From an uncultured Chlamydiales bacterium (GTDB taxonomy: Bacteria > Chlamydiota > Chlamydiia > Chlamydiales > Rhabdochlamydiaceae), in contig OY969554.1 of assembly GCA_963700985.1 (NCBI GenBank), positions 768,001 through 832,000 of the forward strand: a stretch of DNA of 64,000 nucleotides, read 5' to 3'. The translations under genes were made by a program, and so were the position numbers. Shown here one piece after another: positions 38,801-48,982 of this stretch. Below the pieces are notes generated by a model. That model worked only from the letters and a program-made list of their open reading frames with translations, did not search any database and was not told where the DNA came from. Every line of letters starts with the position of its first letter. Within the stretch, counting starts at the first letter, position 1.

Positions 38801-41800
38801 TGGCGATGCCACTACCTTGCTTGGTGATTCCACCTGTGGCCGTGCTGCTGATATTTCCAGCAAAAGTAGTCGTTGCAGTGGCTGTACCGAAGGTCAGAGC
38901 GTTCGCCCCCATGGTGAGAAGACTGCCAGAAACTCCCGAAAGATCGCCAATGGTTTGTGCTGAGCTGCTATTGCTAAAGTCGAGCTTAGCTCCAGAAGCG
39001 GAGATATTTGCATTAGCTGTAGAGGGGAAAGCCGTGCTCGCATTGATCTGCAGCGTACCTACGTTAATAGTTGCGCCAGCGAAGCTATTTGTTCCAGATA
39101 AGATAGCAGTGCCCGTACCTTGTTTTGTAATCCCTCCCGAACCACTTATGTTTCCTGCAAAGGTTACAGGGGTAGTAGCTGTCCCGAAGGTCAGGGTATT
39201 TGTTCCTAGAGTAACAGATGTGCCTGAAACACCTGTTAAATCGCCTATTACAACTCCCCCAACAACACTGCTCCCGGAGATATCAAAGGTCGAAGTGCCA
39301 GATAAAGATACAGGAGCAGTAGAAGCAAGTGTGCCTCCTACAGAAAGAGCCAGGGTAGAAGAACCATTAAGGTTTGTACCACCAGCGTAGCTATTAGTTC
39401 CTGTTAAGATTAATTTATTGGAGCCAAAGATATTTAATACCCCACCTGTGCCAGAAATCGCTCCTGCGTAGGTATCTGTGGCTGTGGGTGTAATTAACAA
39501 TGGTACGCTTCCAAGTCTTACAAAAGTTCCAGAGGCGCCATTTAAATCGGTAATAGATGCTGAGCCACCAGTATAAGCGCTGACATCAAAGGCGGAAGTT
39601 CCATTCAAATCTAGAGGACCTGAAAAAACGGCTGAAGCTCCAGAAAGCGCAAATGTTGCGGAATTGTTAAGGGTTGCTCCAATGCCAGAACCAACACTAC
39701 CAGTCAATAAGGTCTCTCCAGTTCCACCGATTACGAGTGCCGCCCCAGTAGATCCAGAAATTGTGCCGGCAACTGTGTTTGTTGAACTGGTTTGTATGTT
39801 GAGGGTATTTGTCCCTAAAGAGACTTGGCTGCTTGCCACGCTACTCAAATTGCCGATGGTGGGGCCATCTGTTACAGTACTGCCTGTAATATCAAAAATA
39901 GACGTGGAAGAGTTTACGCTTACAGGGCTTGGTGTTGCGCCACCATTTAAATTACCCGCACCAGTTAGGGCGAGCTCGCCACCATTGATTGTAGTAGTAC
40001 CAGTGTAAGCATTCACGTTGCTAAAACTGATGGTGCCTGTGTTTTGCTTTGTAAAACCACCTGTACCGCTCATGACGCCGGCAAAAGTTGTCGAGTTTGT
40101 GGTACCAGCGGTAAGCGTATTAGCTCCCAAGGTAACAATAGAGCCCGAAGCACCGGTTAAATCGCCAATAACAGGGCTTCCAGTGCTTGCGGAGATATCG
40201 AAGGTACCATTTAAAGTCACAGCTCCTGTAGAGGCAAGTGCCCCGCCTGCTGAAAGGGCAACTGTTGCATTGACTGTCGTTCCACCTGTATAAGTATTAA
40301 CGCCTGTCAGAATGGTTTTACCCGATCCAGTTACAGTCAGTGAAGCGGTGTTTGAAGTGCCGGAAATTACCCCTGCAAAAGTATTAGTTGAACTCGTTTG
40401 TACATTAAGGTTATTCGCGCCTAACGTTACGCTGCTGTTCGCTACCCCGCTTAAGTCACCGATGGTAGGCCCGCCACTAACAGTGTCTGTTGAAATATCA
40501 AAAACAGAGGTGGAAGAGTTTACACTTACAGGACTGGGCGCAGTACCGCCATTTAAACTACCTGCACCAGTTAGAGAGAGCTGGCCACCATTGATTGTGG
40601 TCGTACCAGAGTAACCATTCTGATTGCTAAAAGTGATCGTGCCTGTGTTTTGTTTTGTAAAACCACCCGTACCGTTTATTACGCCAGAAAAGGTGGTTGA
40701 ATTTGCAGTTCCTGCAGTCAGCGTATTGGCTCCTAAGGTAATGATACCCGCGCCAGAGAGATCTCCTACTGTGGGTGCGCCATTATATACGGAGAAGTTC
40801 GTTGTTGTTCCTGTGCCTACAGTTAAGTTGCTTCCCGAAGGGAGGTTACCAGTACTAAGAAAGTTTAAAGTTCCGTTGGTGACTAATGTTCCTCCGGTAT
40901 AGTTATTGGCTGAGCTGCCTAGAGTCAAGGTGCCAATCCCACTTTGAGTCAAAGATCCAGCGCCAGTGATCGGATTAGATAGGGTATGGGTATCTCCGCC
41001 TGCTTGCTGAGCAAATATTCCACCACCTGTTCCTAAAGTGACATTGCGGGCAGAGGTAGTCGTGGCAGCGGTTGTAAGCAGAGTGGATCCATTTTGAATC
41101 GTGAGGGGTGCCCCGGCTGACCCTAAACTCCCATCGCCTGCGATAGATAAGGTTCCTGTGGTTGTGGCTGTACCAATGGTTGTGCCGCCTGAATAGGTAT
41201 TAGAAGTGTTCGTGAGGCTTAGAGTCCCAGGACCGCTTTGGACAAGAAGTCCGCTAGTTGTCGCATTGGCAATAAGGCCGCTGATGGTGTGAGTTACAGC
41301 TGATGACGCCTGGGAGAATGAGCCGCCCCCGCCAGTATTAATACCTAAAGTGAAATTGCGAGAGGAGGATGTTGTTGCCTGAGCATTCAGTGTAGCTCCG
41401 CCGGTAATTGCGACAGCTCCTAAGCCCAAGCTGCTATCGGCGCCGATCGATAGAGTTCCTCCGGTAATTGAGGTCCCGCCAGAATAGATGTTAGGTGTAG
41501 AAAAGGAGGTATTCGTGAGGCTCAAAATACCAGGACCGCTTTGCGTAAGAGAGCCGGGTGTGGAAGCATCGGAAATTATGCCACTGAGCGTATGCGTAAT
41601 GGCTGATGATGATTGGGAAAATACGCCGCCTCCACCAGTGCTTGGTCCTAAATCTATAGGGCGAGCAGATAACGTAGTGCTGGCTGCATTCACAGCTGCC
41701 CCATTGTTAATCGTAAGGGGTCCCCCTACTGCACCTAAAGGATCTAGCGAACTTGTGCCTGTGATTGACAGTGTCCCTGCATTGACGGTCGTTCCGCCTG

Positions 41801-44048
41801 AATAGCTATTAGAGGTATTCGTAAGGCTAAAAGTGCCCGTTCCATCTTTTGTTAAAGTTCCACCACCCGTATCAGAGATCACGCCAGAAAATGTGGAGAC
41901 CGGATTTGTTAGGATCAATCCCTTCGCACTACCTAAAGTCACAAATCCAGAACCAGAGAGATCGACGATACTCGCTGTCGAGCTTGAAATACCGCTAATA
42001 TCAAATGTTCCAATTGCATTTACAAGAGAACTAGTTGCGATAGTTCCTGAACCGGAAAGGCTAAGTATGTTGCCACTGTTGACTGTTGTCTGGCCCGTAT
42101 AAGTATTAACTTCCGTCAAAATCAAAGGATCTGTGCCAGAGGAGATGAGTGCTCCTGCGCCAGAAATGACCGAGTTTACCGTAAAAGGTCCGCTGGTCAG
42201 ACTAAAAGTACCAGTGCCAGCTAAGGTGATAGCTCTCGTCGTTGATTCTGCGTTTGCGGTAGTTGGTGCAAGAGTGCCCCCATTAAAACTTAATGGGTTT
42301 GCCGCAGCTCCTAAGTTGCTATCTGCACTGTATGTGAGCGTTCCACCATTCATCGACGTTGTGCCTGTATACGAGTTCGTACCCGATAGTGTTAACGTTC
42401 CCGTTCCGTTCATCGTTAGACCGCCGGTAGCGGTGCTGCCGCCACCAGTGCCATTATCACTAGCGATGTTTGAGGAAAGGGTAAAGTTGCCGGCTTGACT
42501 AAAGGTAAGTTGAGAGCTCGACATCATAAAAATATCAACACCTAAGGCTACTCCATTCGAGCCTACAGTACCGTTGCCACTGAGTGCGCCGCCTGTCCCA
42601 GCAGTGAGACTGCTTCCCGTAATAGAGGTGACACCGCTTCCGACAGAAGCGCTGTCCTGTATAATCAGAGTTCCTCCGCCGGTAGATCCTCCGTAGAGAA
42701 AAATAGCTCCGCCAAGCGCGGCTCCGCCTCCGCCTCCGCTACCAGCTGTAGCACCAGCGATTACACCGCCTCCACTGCCTCCAAAACCAGCGGTGTCGAC
42801 GCCTCCCGATGCTGCTGTGCTCGTTGTCGTGCGTACAAATGCTCCCCCACCTCCTGCTCCAAAACCAGAATTGGCTCCCGCACCACCACTTGACGCATTT
42901 GAGGAGGCTCCTCCTCCTCCGCCGCCAAAGCCGCCTGCGCCTGGTGAATTTGGAGTTCCATTATTACTATTTGATGCTCCGGAGCCTCCTCCGGCAAAGC
43001 CTCCTGATCCAGCACCACCGGGACCACTACTTGTGCTTGACCCTCCGCTTCCACCACCACCAAAAAGTCCTCCGGATCCACCTCCTGCGCCACCACTAGA
43101 AGTTGAGCTGCCACCTCCTCCGCCTCCCTGGAAGCTAGCACCGCCTTGACCGCCGCCCAAAGTACCCAAAGATCCGCCGCCTCCTGCTCCTCCTGGTTTT
43201 CCTCCTGTTCCTGTGCTCGAACCTCCACCTCCTCCACCAGCGCCAGATGAGCCTCCGCCATTCCCATTAGGAGAGCCGCCTGGAATATTGCCACCACCAC
43301 CACCGCCTCCCCCAAATGATGGATTTCCACCACCGCCAGCTCCGTTACCTAACATTCCTCCGCCACCACTTCCTCCAACGCTACCATTACCTCCATTTCC
43401 AAATAAGCCACCACCAGCTCCTCCAGATGGCACGCTAGAATCTACCCCATTTCCTCCATTACCTCCCATACCAGCACCACCGCCACCTGATATGTTAGTA
43501 CCGCCAGCACCTCCCGTGCCCCCTATCGCTTGTGCATTCGCAATTGTAACGCCATTCAGGGTAACAATGGCTCCAGGTCCCACAAAAAGAGCGCCTCCAG
43601 CAGCCAAACCGCCACCACCGCCGCCGCCGCCAGTTCCCCCATTTCCTCCTTTGGCGATCATGCTTTGTAAAGTCATGTTGTTAATGGTTACATTACCTGA
43701 ATAGGCATAGAAGCCTCGAAAAGTAGATGAGCCAGTGCCGGCAGTGCTGCCATTGAAGCTTGTTCCTCCCGTTACACCATTAATAGTCAAACTATTGGCG
43801 TTGCCGATATTGAAGACGGGTAAGTTAAAGGGGGTCTGTGTTGTGCCCCAGGTTAGCGCACTAAACGGGATAGAGATGATATTTCCTGTGGGATCTGGAG
43901 TTGTATTGATTGAATTAATCGCAGCGCGCAATCCACCTGCAAGCTCGATATCGGCATTGGTTAAGGTAACAGTGGTCACTCCCCATATTGGGTTGGAAAT
44001 GGAAAGTAGGTAAAGGGACCCTAGGATGGATAAGGTTTTCTTGTTCAT
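35823..44048 (-). CDS. Large autotransporter/adhesin (~2740 aa): signal peptide, Gly-rich region, passenger-associated beta-strand repeats, C-terminal beta-barrel
   Basis: MNKKTLSILGSLYLL signal; many G.GTLTLSG.N.Y.G.T.I..GTL repeats; SPGNSIG junction; barrel ending GVEFSYRF. Confidence 0.93.
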   Translation of the reverse strand: MNKKTLSILGSLYLLSISNPIWGVTTVTLTNADIELAGGLRAAINSINTTPDPTGNIISIPFSALTWGTTQTPFNLPVFNIGNANSLTINGVTGGTSFNGSTAGTGSSTFRGFYAYSGNVTINNMTLQSMIAKGGNGGTGGGGGGGGLAAGGALFVGPGAIVTLNGVTIANAQAIGGTGGAGGTNISGGGGAGMGGNGGNGVDSSVPSGGAGGGLFGNGGNGSVGGSGGGGMLGNGAGGGGNPSFGGGGGGGGNIPGGSPNGNGGGSSGAGGGGGGSSTGTGGKPGGAGGGGSLGTLGGGQGGASFQGGGGGGSSTSSGGAGGGSGGLFGGGGSGGSSTSSGPGGAGSGGFAGGGSGASNSNNGTPNSPGAGGFGGGGGGASSNASSGGAGANSGFGAGGGGAFVRTTTSTAASGGVDTAGFGGSGGGVIAGATAGSGGGGGAALGGAIFLYGGSTGGGTLIIQDSASVGSGVTSITGSSLTAGTGGALSGNGTVGSNGVALGVDIFMMSSSQLTFSQAGNFTLSSNIASDNGTGGGSTATGGLTMNGTGTLTLSGTNSYTGTTSMNGGTLTYSADSNLGAAANPLSFNGGTLAPTTANAESTTRAITLAGTGTFSLTSGPFTVNSVISGAGALISSGTDPLILTEVNTYTGQTTVNSGNILSLSGSGTIATSSLVNAIGTFDISGISSSTASIVDLSGSGFVTLGSAKGLILTNPVSTFSGVISDTGGGTLTKDGTGTFSLTNTSNSYSGGTTVNAGTLSITGTSSLDPLGAVGGPLTINNGAAVNAASTTLSARPIDLGPSTGGGGVFSQSSSAITHTLSGIISDASTPGSLTQSGPGILSLTNTSFSTPNIYSGGTSITGGTLSIGADSSLGLGAVAITGGATLNAQATTSSSRNFTLGINTGGGGSFSQASSAVTHTISGLIANATTSGLLVQSGPGTLSLTNTSNTYSGGTTIGTATTTGTLSIAGDGSLGSAGAPLTIQNGSTLLTTAATTTSARNVTLGTGGGIFAQQAGGDTHTLSNPITGAGSLTQSGIGTLTLGSSANNYTGGTLVTNGTLNFLSTGNLPSGSNLTVGTGTTTNFSVYNGAPTVGDLSGAGIITLGANTLTAGTANSTTFSGVINGTGGFTKQNTGTITFSNQNGYSGTTTINGGQLSLTGAGSLNGGTAPSPVSVNSSTSVFDISTDTVSGGPTIGDLSGVANSSVTLGANNLNVQTSSTNTFAGVISGTSNTASLTVTGSGKTILTGVNTYTGGTTVNATVALSAGGALASTGAVTLNGTFDISASTGSPVIGDLTGASGSIVTLGANTLTAGTTNSTTFAGVMSGTGGFTKQNTGTISFSNVNAYTGTTTINGGELALTGAGNLNGGATPSPVSVNSSTSIFDITGSTVTDGPTIGNLSSVASSQVSLGTNTLNIQTSSTNTVAGTISGSTGAALVIGGTGETLLTGSVGSGIGATLNNSATFALSGASAVFSGPLDLNGTSAFDVSAYTGGSASITDLNGASGTFVRLGSVPLLITPTATDTYAGAISGTGGVLNIFGSNKLILTGTNSYAGGTNLNGSSTLALSVGGTLASTAPVSLSGTSTFDISGSSVVGGVVIGDLTGVSGTSVTLGTNTLTFGTATTPVTFAGNISGSGGITKQGTGTAILSGTNSFAGATINVGTLQINASTAFPSTANANISASGAKLDFSNSSSAQTIGDLSGVSGSLLTMGANALTFGTATATTTFAGNISSTATGGITKQGSGIAIFSGTNTFTGANISAGTLQINASTAFPSTASANISASGATLDFSNSSSAQTIGDLSGVSGALLTMGANALTFGTATTSTTFAGNLTSTAGITKQGSGIAIFSGTNTFTGANINAGTLQINSSTAFPSTGSVNITASGAKLDLTNAGAPQTIGDLSGVSGGLLVLGPTDLTVGTSDSTTFSGVISSTGGSLTMQGTGTLTLGGSNTYTGGTSINAGVISISADNNLGLTANPLTLAGGTLQVATNPVTTGRTITLTSASTIDVESDFTVSTAITGSGGLTLIGPNTLTLEAANNYGSTTINSGTLALSGNGNLISSDITADTGSGTLDISASTVIGGPSIGNLNGVNGSAVVLGNNILNIDASGFGTFSGNITGGSGGLTVTDAGSLNLVGGTNTYSGPTTNSSTLTVDTSSLPSTSLVSNTNVLNFTQHSSGTYTGTITGSGTLNIQSGGGLNPASLTLALPGSVTQAQTNVQSTLLVNNTLTSPVSVVGGFGRTGTLGGTGTIVGDVTIGNGGVMSPGNSIGTINIDGNYTQGSGSTLLIEVSPTASDEIIISGTATIENNTTIEITPTPGSYPKNVSFTIIDTLGGLTGTFTNVVDTFPTFKATLIYTPDDLLFGSVTKVDLAELGFTGNPQAVAVALDEINPAAGTDLGNIEAELRFLPLLEIKAALNQMQPSIFKGLALAQENITTRVREAISHRMDEFYLADCIKYCSPEDKVDLWATGIGDYSAEDGIQGQSGFHTRSGGAVLGMDFGCFSNFFFGTALSYTHTDVRWSVSRAHGDIDSYYGGAYGGYFNDYFYVNTAVLGAYNSYEASRKLVSPIFDRTARNTHDGFEVDADLGAGFLFNLGGIEIRPFDQVDYIYLHENSFTEKGAQSLDLHVGSKESKMLRNELGLGFARCFTRKTWKFVPDVKFSWVREIRFQGKHYTAEFVGTDVPFTVSGMKPNRSLFSPGAALTGYHMDDKLIWSLFYDGEFGKHFTDHNAGVEFSYRF

Positions 44049-44346
44049 AAAGGCCAAATTCCTTTGCATATTAAAAAATGCAGTAGAAACTATTAGGATT
44101 TTATTATCAAAAAAAAATGCACCATCAAGCGATGTTTTTTTCCAGATGAGCGATTACGCTATGCAAAGAATACAATCAGATATACTTGGCAAACATGTTT
44201 GGCAGCTCTATTTGGAGTTACTATGACTTTCAGAAATTGAATTAGACCTCCCTCCTAACACTCATTGGCGTATTGAACTTACATTCTCATTTTCGATAGC
44301 AGCTTCACCAATGGCACTTTTAAAACACTACGGATTTGCCCATAAA

Positions 44347-44571
44347 ACTGCGATGGAACGCGGAAGGGGTCCCCAGCGAAGCGTTGGGGGAAGAGCGCCA
44401 ATTGCAGCCCACGACTGCTTCAGGCAAAGAGCAATTGCACCGCAGGAGCGAGGCAGTGCTTTGTCACGACGCAGCGACGAGGACGCGATAATGAGCGAAG
44501 CGAATGTTGATCGAAGCATGAACAGCTCAAGTGGGGTCGCGGGGGACTTTAGTCACCCGACATGTCTATAG
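44347..44571 (+). repeat. GC-rich structured arm, copy C
   Basis: actgcgatggaacgcggaagg...gggactttagtcacccgacatgtctatag; 5' part resembles B, 3' part resembles A. Confidence 0.92.
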
Positions 44572-44600
44572 ACGAAAACAAAAAGAAAGAATGGCGAAAT

Positions 44601-44636
44601 AAAAAAGAGAGGGTGTTTTTTAACACCCTCTCTTTT
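44601..44636 (-). terminator. Intrinsic terminator of ftsH
   Basis: aaaagagagggtgtt/aacaccctctctttt perfect stem flanked by A/T runs. Confidence 0.85.
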
Positions 44637-44657
44637 GTGTGTGTAGACTCTCAGCGC

Positions 44658-47402
44658 TTAGATTTGCTGGAGAGTAGGATTGTCCGAAGAGGGCTGAATG
44701 CCGCCGCGGGTTGGAGCAGGTGGAGGAGGAGGAACTTTGCGTTGCAAGTCTTCTGTTGCTTTAACGCGTTTTTTCTTCTTCTCTGCATCCCACTTCTCAT
44801 TCATGATCTCAAGCACGTCCTCGCGATCTAAAGTTTCAAACTCGATGAGCATATCTGTCATGAGCTGCACTTTATCGCGGTTGGCATTTACAATTTCGAC
44901 GGCTTTAGCGTGCGCTTCATCCAATAGCTTCTTGACTTCTTCATCGATGAACTTAGCTGTCGATTCAGAATAGTTTTTATCGTGATAAGAAGGCGCACCA
45001 AGGTATTGCCCATTTTCAGAGCGTTCGTCATAAGCCACTGTTCCAAGAACATCGCTCATACCCCATTCGCAGACCATGCTGCGCACAAGGCGCGTAGCTT
45101 GCGAAATATCCATCTGAGCACCAGAAGAAATATCACCTACAAAGATCTCTTCAGCCACACGACCGCCCATAAGAACAGCGAGCTGATCTAAGATCTCTTT
45201 GCGCCAGTAGCTAAGGCGATTCTTTTTCGGCATAAAATGTGTAGCCCCTAAGGACATTCCACGTGGGATAATAGTTACTTTGTCTACAGGGTCAGCGTGT
45301 TTAACCACGAGTGCCACCACCGCGTGACCAGACTCATGGAAAGCTGTGGTCTTGAGCTCGTTTACATCGATCTCAAGGCTACGGCGCTCTTTACCATAAC
45401 GCACTTTATCGCACGCTTCGGCTGCATCTTGGGCAGTTACAGCACTTCGGCCGCGTCTTGCTGCTAAAAGAGCTGCTTCGTTTAAAATATTGGCTAGATC
45501 GGCACCGGAAGAACCTGGTGTGTTTCTAGCGATATACATGAGGTCGACTGAAGGATCTAATTTGATTTTTTTAGCGTGGACTTTCAGAATCTCATAGCGC
45601 CCTTTAATATCTGGAAGATCGAGCACTACACGTCGATCAAAACGACCTGGACGAAGCAGCGCTTTGTCCAACACGTCCGGACGGTTTGTAGCGGCAATCA
45701 GAATAATGCCTTCGGTCGTGTCAAAGCCATCCATCTCAACGAGTAGTTGGTTCAATGTCTGCTCACGCTCATCATGACCGCCGCCAATGCCAGCGCCACG
45801 ATGACGACCCACCGCATCGATCTCATCCATGAAGATGATGCAAGGCGCATTCTTTTTAGCCTCTGAGAAAAGATCACGTACGCGGCTTGCGCCCACACCC
45901 ACGAACATCTCTACGAAATCCGAACCGGAGATCGAGAAGAATGGACGATCAGCCTCACCTGCTACAGCTTTGGCGATTAAGGTTTTACCAGTTCCGGGAG
46001 CTCCGATGCACAACACGCCTTTTGGGATACGTGCACCTAGCGCGGTAAATTTAGAAGGATCTTTTAAGAAGTCGACGATCTCTTGAAGCTCTTCTTTGGC
46101 TTCATCACAACCTGCTACATCTTTAAAGGTGATCTTGTTGCGTTCTTTGGTCAACAGGCGTGCAGGTGACTTACCAAAAGTCATCGCACCTGAACCCGCA
46201 CCCTTCATCTGGCGTGAGAATCCAAAGTAGATCAGCAGCACAATCACAAGCAGCGGCAGAATCGGTAATAGATAGCCGAGGTAGTTAGGAGCGGGCTCTT
46301 CGCTTTTAAATGTTCTTTCCAGAACCGTATTGCGTGGTTGATCAGGAGCTTTAAATACTGCGCCTTTATTCGTGTTGAAATTTTCCCACTCTTGTTTAGC
46401 TTGCAAGAACCAGTGATTATATAGTTCTGGATCTTGTTTTTCTAAAGCACGTGTAGACAATTCTTGGTTATTGAAGAACCAGATTACGCTAGAAACTTGC
46501 TGTCTGGCTTTTTCGAGTTGTGCATCGTTTTTCTCAAGTTCATCAGCAACTTGAGCGTAGCTTTCGATTTCCGTCTTATAATTGCGCACACTGCGTAAGT
46601 CATTTAAGCGAATCCCTTGATCTTCTTGATCGAGGTCAGTGACAACCTTAGATAAAGAGCCAAGAGCTGTGCCATAAGCCGCAAGCGCTGTTTTCTGCTG
46701 GCTTGAATCTGTAATTGAAGCGGAAACCTTTTGCTCTAAGTCACGTAAGTTTTGTTTGATCGTCTCACTGCCAATTCCCAGGTTTGGTGAACGGAAGCCT
46801 TGAATTAGAATTAAAAGGTCTTTGCCAAAGGCATTCAGCTCAGCTGGGCTGCTTGAAGCAGATAGAGCAGCATAACGCTTCTCGAGATCTTTAAGGTTAA
46901 CGACATTTCGATCTGATAAAGATTTGATTACAACCGAGTTTGCGTTATCTGTTGTGTCATAGATAGGATCTACAACTTTATACCCAGTTTTGGGAATTGC
47001 GATTCCACTGAGGTGAAGGAACCAGTCGGCAGCATCTTTAACATTTTGACGTAAAGAGTTTATGCCTTGCTCTAAGCTCGTCTTTTTCTCAGTAAATTCA
47101 TGATTTTGATAGAGCAGATCTAAATAACGAAAGCGCGCTTTAGCTTCGTCTGAAAGTCTGTCTTTAAATTTACCGCTAAAAGTGACGAGGTTATCGTTGA
47201 GGGCAGTCTTACGGCTATCTTCTTTCTGGAGTAGATCCAAGTTGACGAGATGTTCAGTCTGGTGACTGAATGCAACCTTGGCTGTTTTCTCAGAAGAGAG
47301 ATTTTGAATTGAGAAAACAGCTAAGACGGTCGCAACTAAGATGATGAAAAAGCCTCCTGGGAGACCTTTCTTGGAATCTGGTTTTTTATTATCGTTAGCC
47401 AT
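44658..47402 (-). CDS. ftsH: ATP-dependent zinc metalloprotease FtsH (long periplasmic domain, chlamydial type)
   Basis: [48 protein letters not shown]. Confidence 0.98.
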   Translation of the reverse strand: MANDNKKPDSKKGLPGGFFIILVATVLAVFSIQNLSSEKTAKVAFSHQTEHLVNLDLLQKEDSRKTALNDNLVTFSGKFKDRLSDEAKARFRYLDLLYQNHEFTEKKTSLEQGINSLRQNVKDAADWFLHLSGIAIPKTGYKVVDPIYDTTDNANSVVIKSLSDRNVVNLKDLEKRYAALSASSSPAELNAFGKDLLILIQGFRSPNLGIGSETIKQNLRDLEQKVSASITDSSQQKTALAAYGTALGSLSKVVTDLDQEDQGIRLNDLRSVRNYKTEIESYAQVADELEKNDAQLEKARQQVSSVIWFFNNQELSTRALEKQDPELYNHWFLQAKQEWENFNTNKGAVFKAPDQPRNTVLERTFKSEEPAPNYLGYLLPILPLLVIVLLIYFGFSRQMKGAGSGAMTFGKSPARLLTKERNKITFKDVAGCDEAKEELQEIVDFLKDPSKFTALGARIPKGVLCIGAPGTGKTLIAKAVAGEADRPFFSISGSDFVEMFVGVGASRVRDLFSEAKKNAPCIIFMDEIDAVGRHRGAGIGGGHDEREQTLNQLLVEMDGFDTTEGIILIAATNRPDVLDKALLRPGRFDRRVVLDLPDIKGRYEILKVHAKKIKLDPSVDLMYIARNTPGSSGADLANILNEAALLAARRGRSAVTAQDAAEACDKVRYGKERRSLEIDVNELKTTAFHESGHAVVALVVKHADPVDKVTIIPRGMSLGATHFMPKKNRLSYWRKEILDQLAVLMGGRVAEEIFVGDISSGAQMDISQATRLVRSMVCEWGMSDVLGTVAYDERSENGQYLGAPSYHDKNYSESTAKFIDEEVKKLLDEAHAKAVEIVNANRDKVQLMTDMLIEFETLDREDVLEIMNEKWDAEKKKKRVKATEDLQRKVPPPPPAPTRGGIQPSSDNPTLQQI

Positions 47403-47567
47403 GATGATTTTCTATAATTGTAAGTTTGATGCCCTCTATCCTACCATAGGAAAAAAGAGGTTTCGCGGGACGAGTTCACAAGCAAATCACTTCTCAACCA
47501 TTTACGTAAAGATAAATTCTAAACCTTTAAAACAGTAATCGATTGAGAAAGAGTAGTTTGTTCTCTT

Positions 47568-47595
47568 GAACCTATCTAAATAGTAAGATAGATTC
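47568..47595. repeat. Collapsed 28-bp palindrome carrying the same ends as the 48983 element
   Basis: GAACCTATCT-aaatagta-AGATAGATTC. Confidence 0.5.
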
Positions 47596-47644
47596 TTAAT
47601 CCCCTCCATTCGTAATAGTAGCATGTTTGTTTTTTCCGTGCATG

Positions 47645-48964
47645 CTAATTATTTATTAGTTTAAATTTTAAACATATTCGATATAAAGAATTACAAGAGG
47701 AAAAACTAATTTTCTTTCCTGTTAAAAATTCGTGCACAACTTTTCCATTTATTCCAATAACTGGGATCAAAGGGCGCAAAAAGGCCGGAACATAATGCTC
47801 TTGCCACCAGTCTTTGATGGGTGATCCACCTGGAAAAAGGTGTGTAGTCTCTGGAGAAATTAACTCGTAGTCCCCCTGAGGCAATACAACCTCGGCCTTC
47901 CCCTGCCAAATATCTCGCCAAGTAGAAGCAGATGCAAGAATTGAACTCGTTGGCTCAAATGTATATTCCCAATTTGTCCATGAATGACCCTCAGAGGGAA
48001 TAAATAAAATGCCGCGATCGACTATTATTTTTTTATTTTTAGGCCCATTAGATATAAAAATCCGGTTAGCGGCGCCGGCTTCCAAATGAGTGAGTAGTGC
48101 ATCGTAACTCTCATGGGAGAGTAGAATCCCTTCTTGGTTAAGGTATTTTTTAACAAGCGCATCTTTTTTCAGGGATGAGAGGGTTTCGGGAATTTCTAAA
48201 TAAGACCCCAGAACGCCTCGTTGGATATTTTTTAACCAGAGATCCGCTTCACTTTCAATCTCGGCCGCCAGCTCGCCTAATGTATTTCCGAGCCGAATTA
48301 AGTTAGCCGAGATCTCCTTGCCAAAACTTTCAGTCAATTGAGGAATAATCTGGATGCGCATCCGGGCCCTAAGAAAGCGCGGGTCATAGTTTGTTTTATC
48401 ATCGATGGCCAAATGCCCCTTCAAACGCCCTTTATCATTCAGCCAAGTTTGCAGCTCCTCTTTGCGCGCAGAAAGAAGCGGCCTCCAGATCTGCATCCCG
48501 TCTAATTGTCCGACTTCTTTCATCCCATGCAAAGAGAGCAGATGCGAACCTTCTAACACCTTTTTCAAAATTGTCTCGGCTAGGTCATCTGCCTGATGGG
48601 CGAGCAAAAGCGCTTGAGCATCGATCTTCGTGTAGATTTCAGAAAAAAATTTTAAACGCTCTTCTCTCCCTTTTGCCTCTAAATTACTAACGCTTTTATC
48701 CTCAAGCCGATGTAAGTGGAAAGGTAGCTTTTGCTTTTCAGCATATTGAGCTAGAAGCTCCGCTTCTTGCGCGCTCTCCGGGCGCCAGCCATGGTCGATG
48801 TGGGCAAGGTGTAGGTTGAGTGAAAGATCGGGAGCGCACTCCAGCAGAAGATGCAACAGAGCTAGAGAATCCGGCCCTCCAGAAAAACCTAATAGTAAAG
48901 GTCTGCCGGGCGTTAAACGCTGTCCCAGAAATTTTTTCACTAAGCTTATGAGAGAATCATGCAT
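47645..48964 (-). CDS. tilS: tRNA(Ile)-lysidine synthetase
   Basis: GFSGGPDS PP-loop, HIDHGWR, AHQADDLAET, RPLL, D.TN; start at ATG 48964. Confidence 0.93.
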   Translation of the reverse strand: MHDSLISLVKKFLGQRLTPGRPLLLGFSGGPDSLALLHLLLECAPDLSLNLHLAHIDHGWRPESAQEAELLAQYAEKQKLPFHLHRLEDKSVSNLEAKGREERLKFFSEIYTKIDAQALLLAHQADDLAETILKKVLEGSHLLSLHGMKEVGQLDGMQIWRPLLSARKEELQTWLNDKGRLKGHLAIDDKTNYDPRFLRARMRIQIIPQLTESFGKEISANLIRLGNTLGELAAEIESEADLWLKNIQRGVLGSYLEIPETLSSLKKDALVKKYLNQEGILLSHESYDALLTHLEAGAANRIFISNGPKNKKIIVDRGILFIPSEGHSWTNWEYTFEPTSSILASASTWRDIWQGKAEVVLPQGDYELISPETTHLFPGGSPIKDWWQEHYVPAFLRPLIPVIGINGKVVHEFLTGKKISFSSCNSLYRICLKFKLINN

Positions 48965-48982
48965 AGGGACAATATAACATAA

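Noticed and set aside
37231-43704. Long plus-strand ORFs (e.g. 38374-39390, Pro-rich 43213-43704)
   Set aside because: They are antisense shadows of the Gly/Thr/Ser-rich autotransporter codons and show no independent coding signal.
35823-44048. Polymorphic membrane protein (Pmp) assignment
   Set aside because: It lacks repeated GGA(I/L/V)/FxxN pairs; the repeats are the generic autotransporter beta-strand type.
34735-44571. Short ORFs within arms A, B and C (34735-34944, 35415-35729, 44311-44571)
   Set aside because: Starts and frames are not conserved among copies, and the variation follows base pairing rather than codons.
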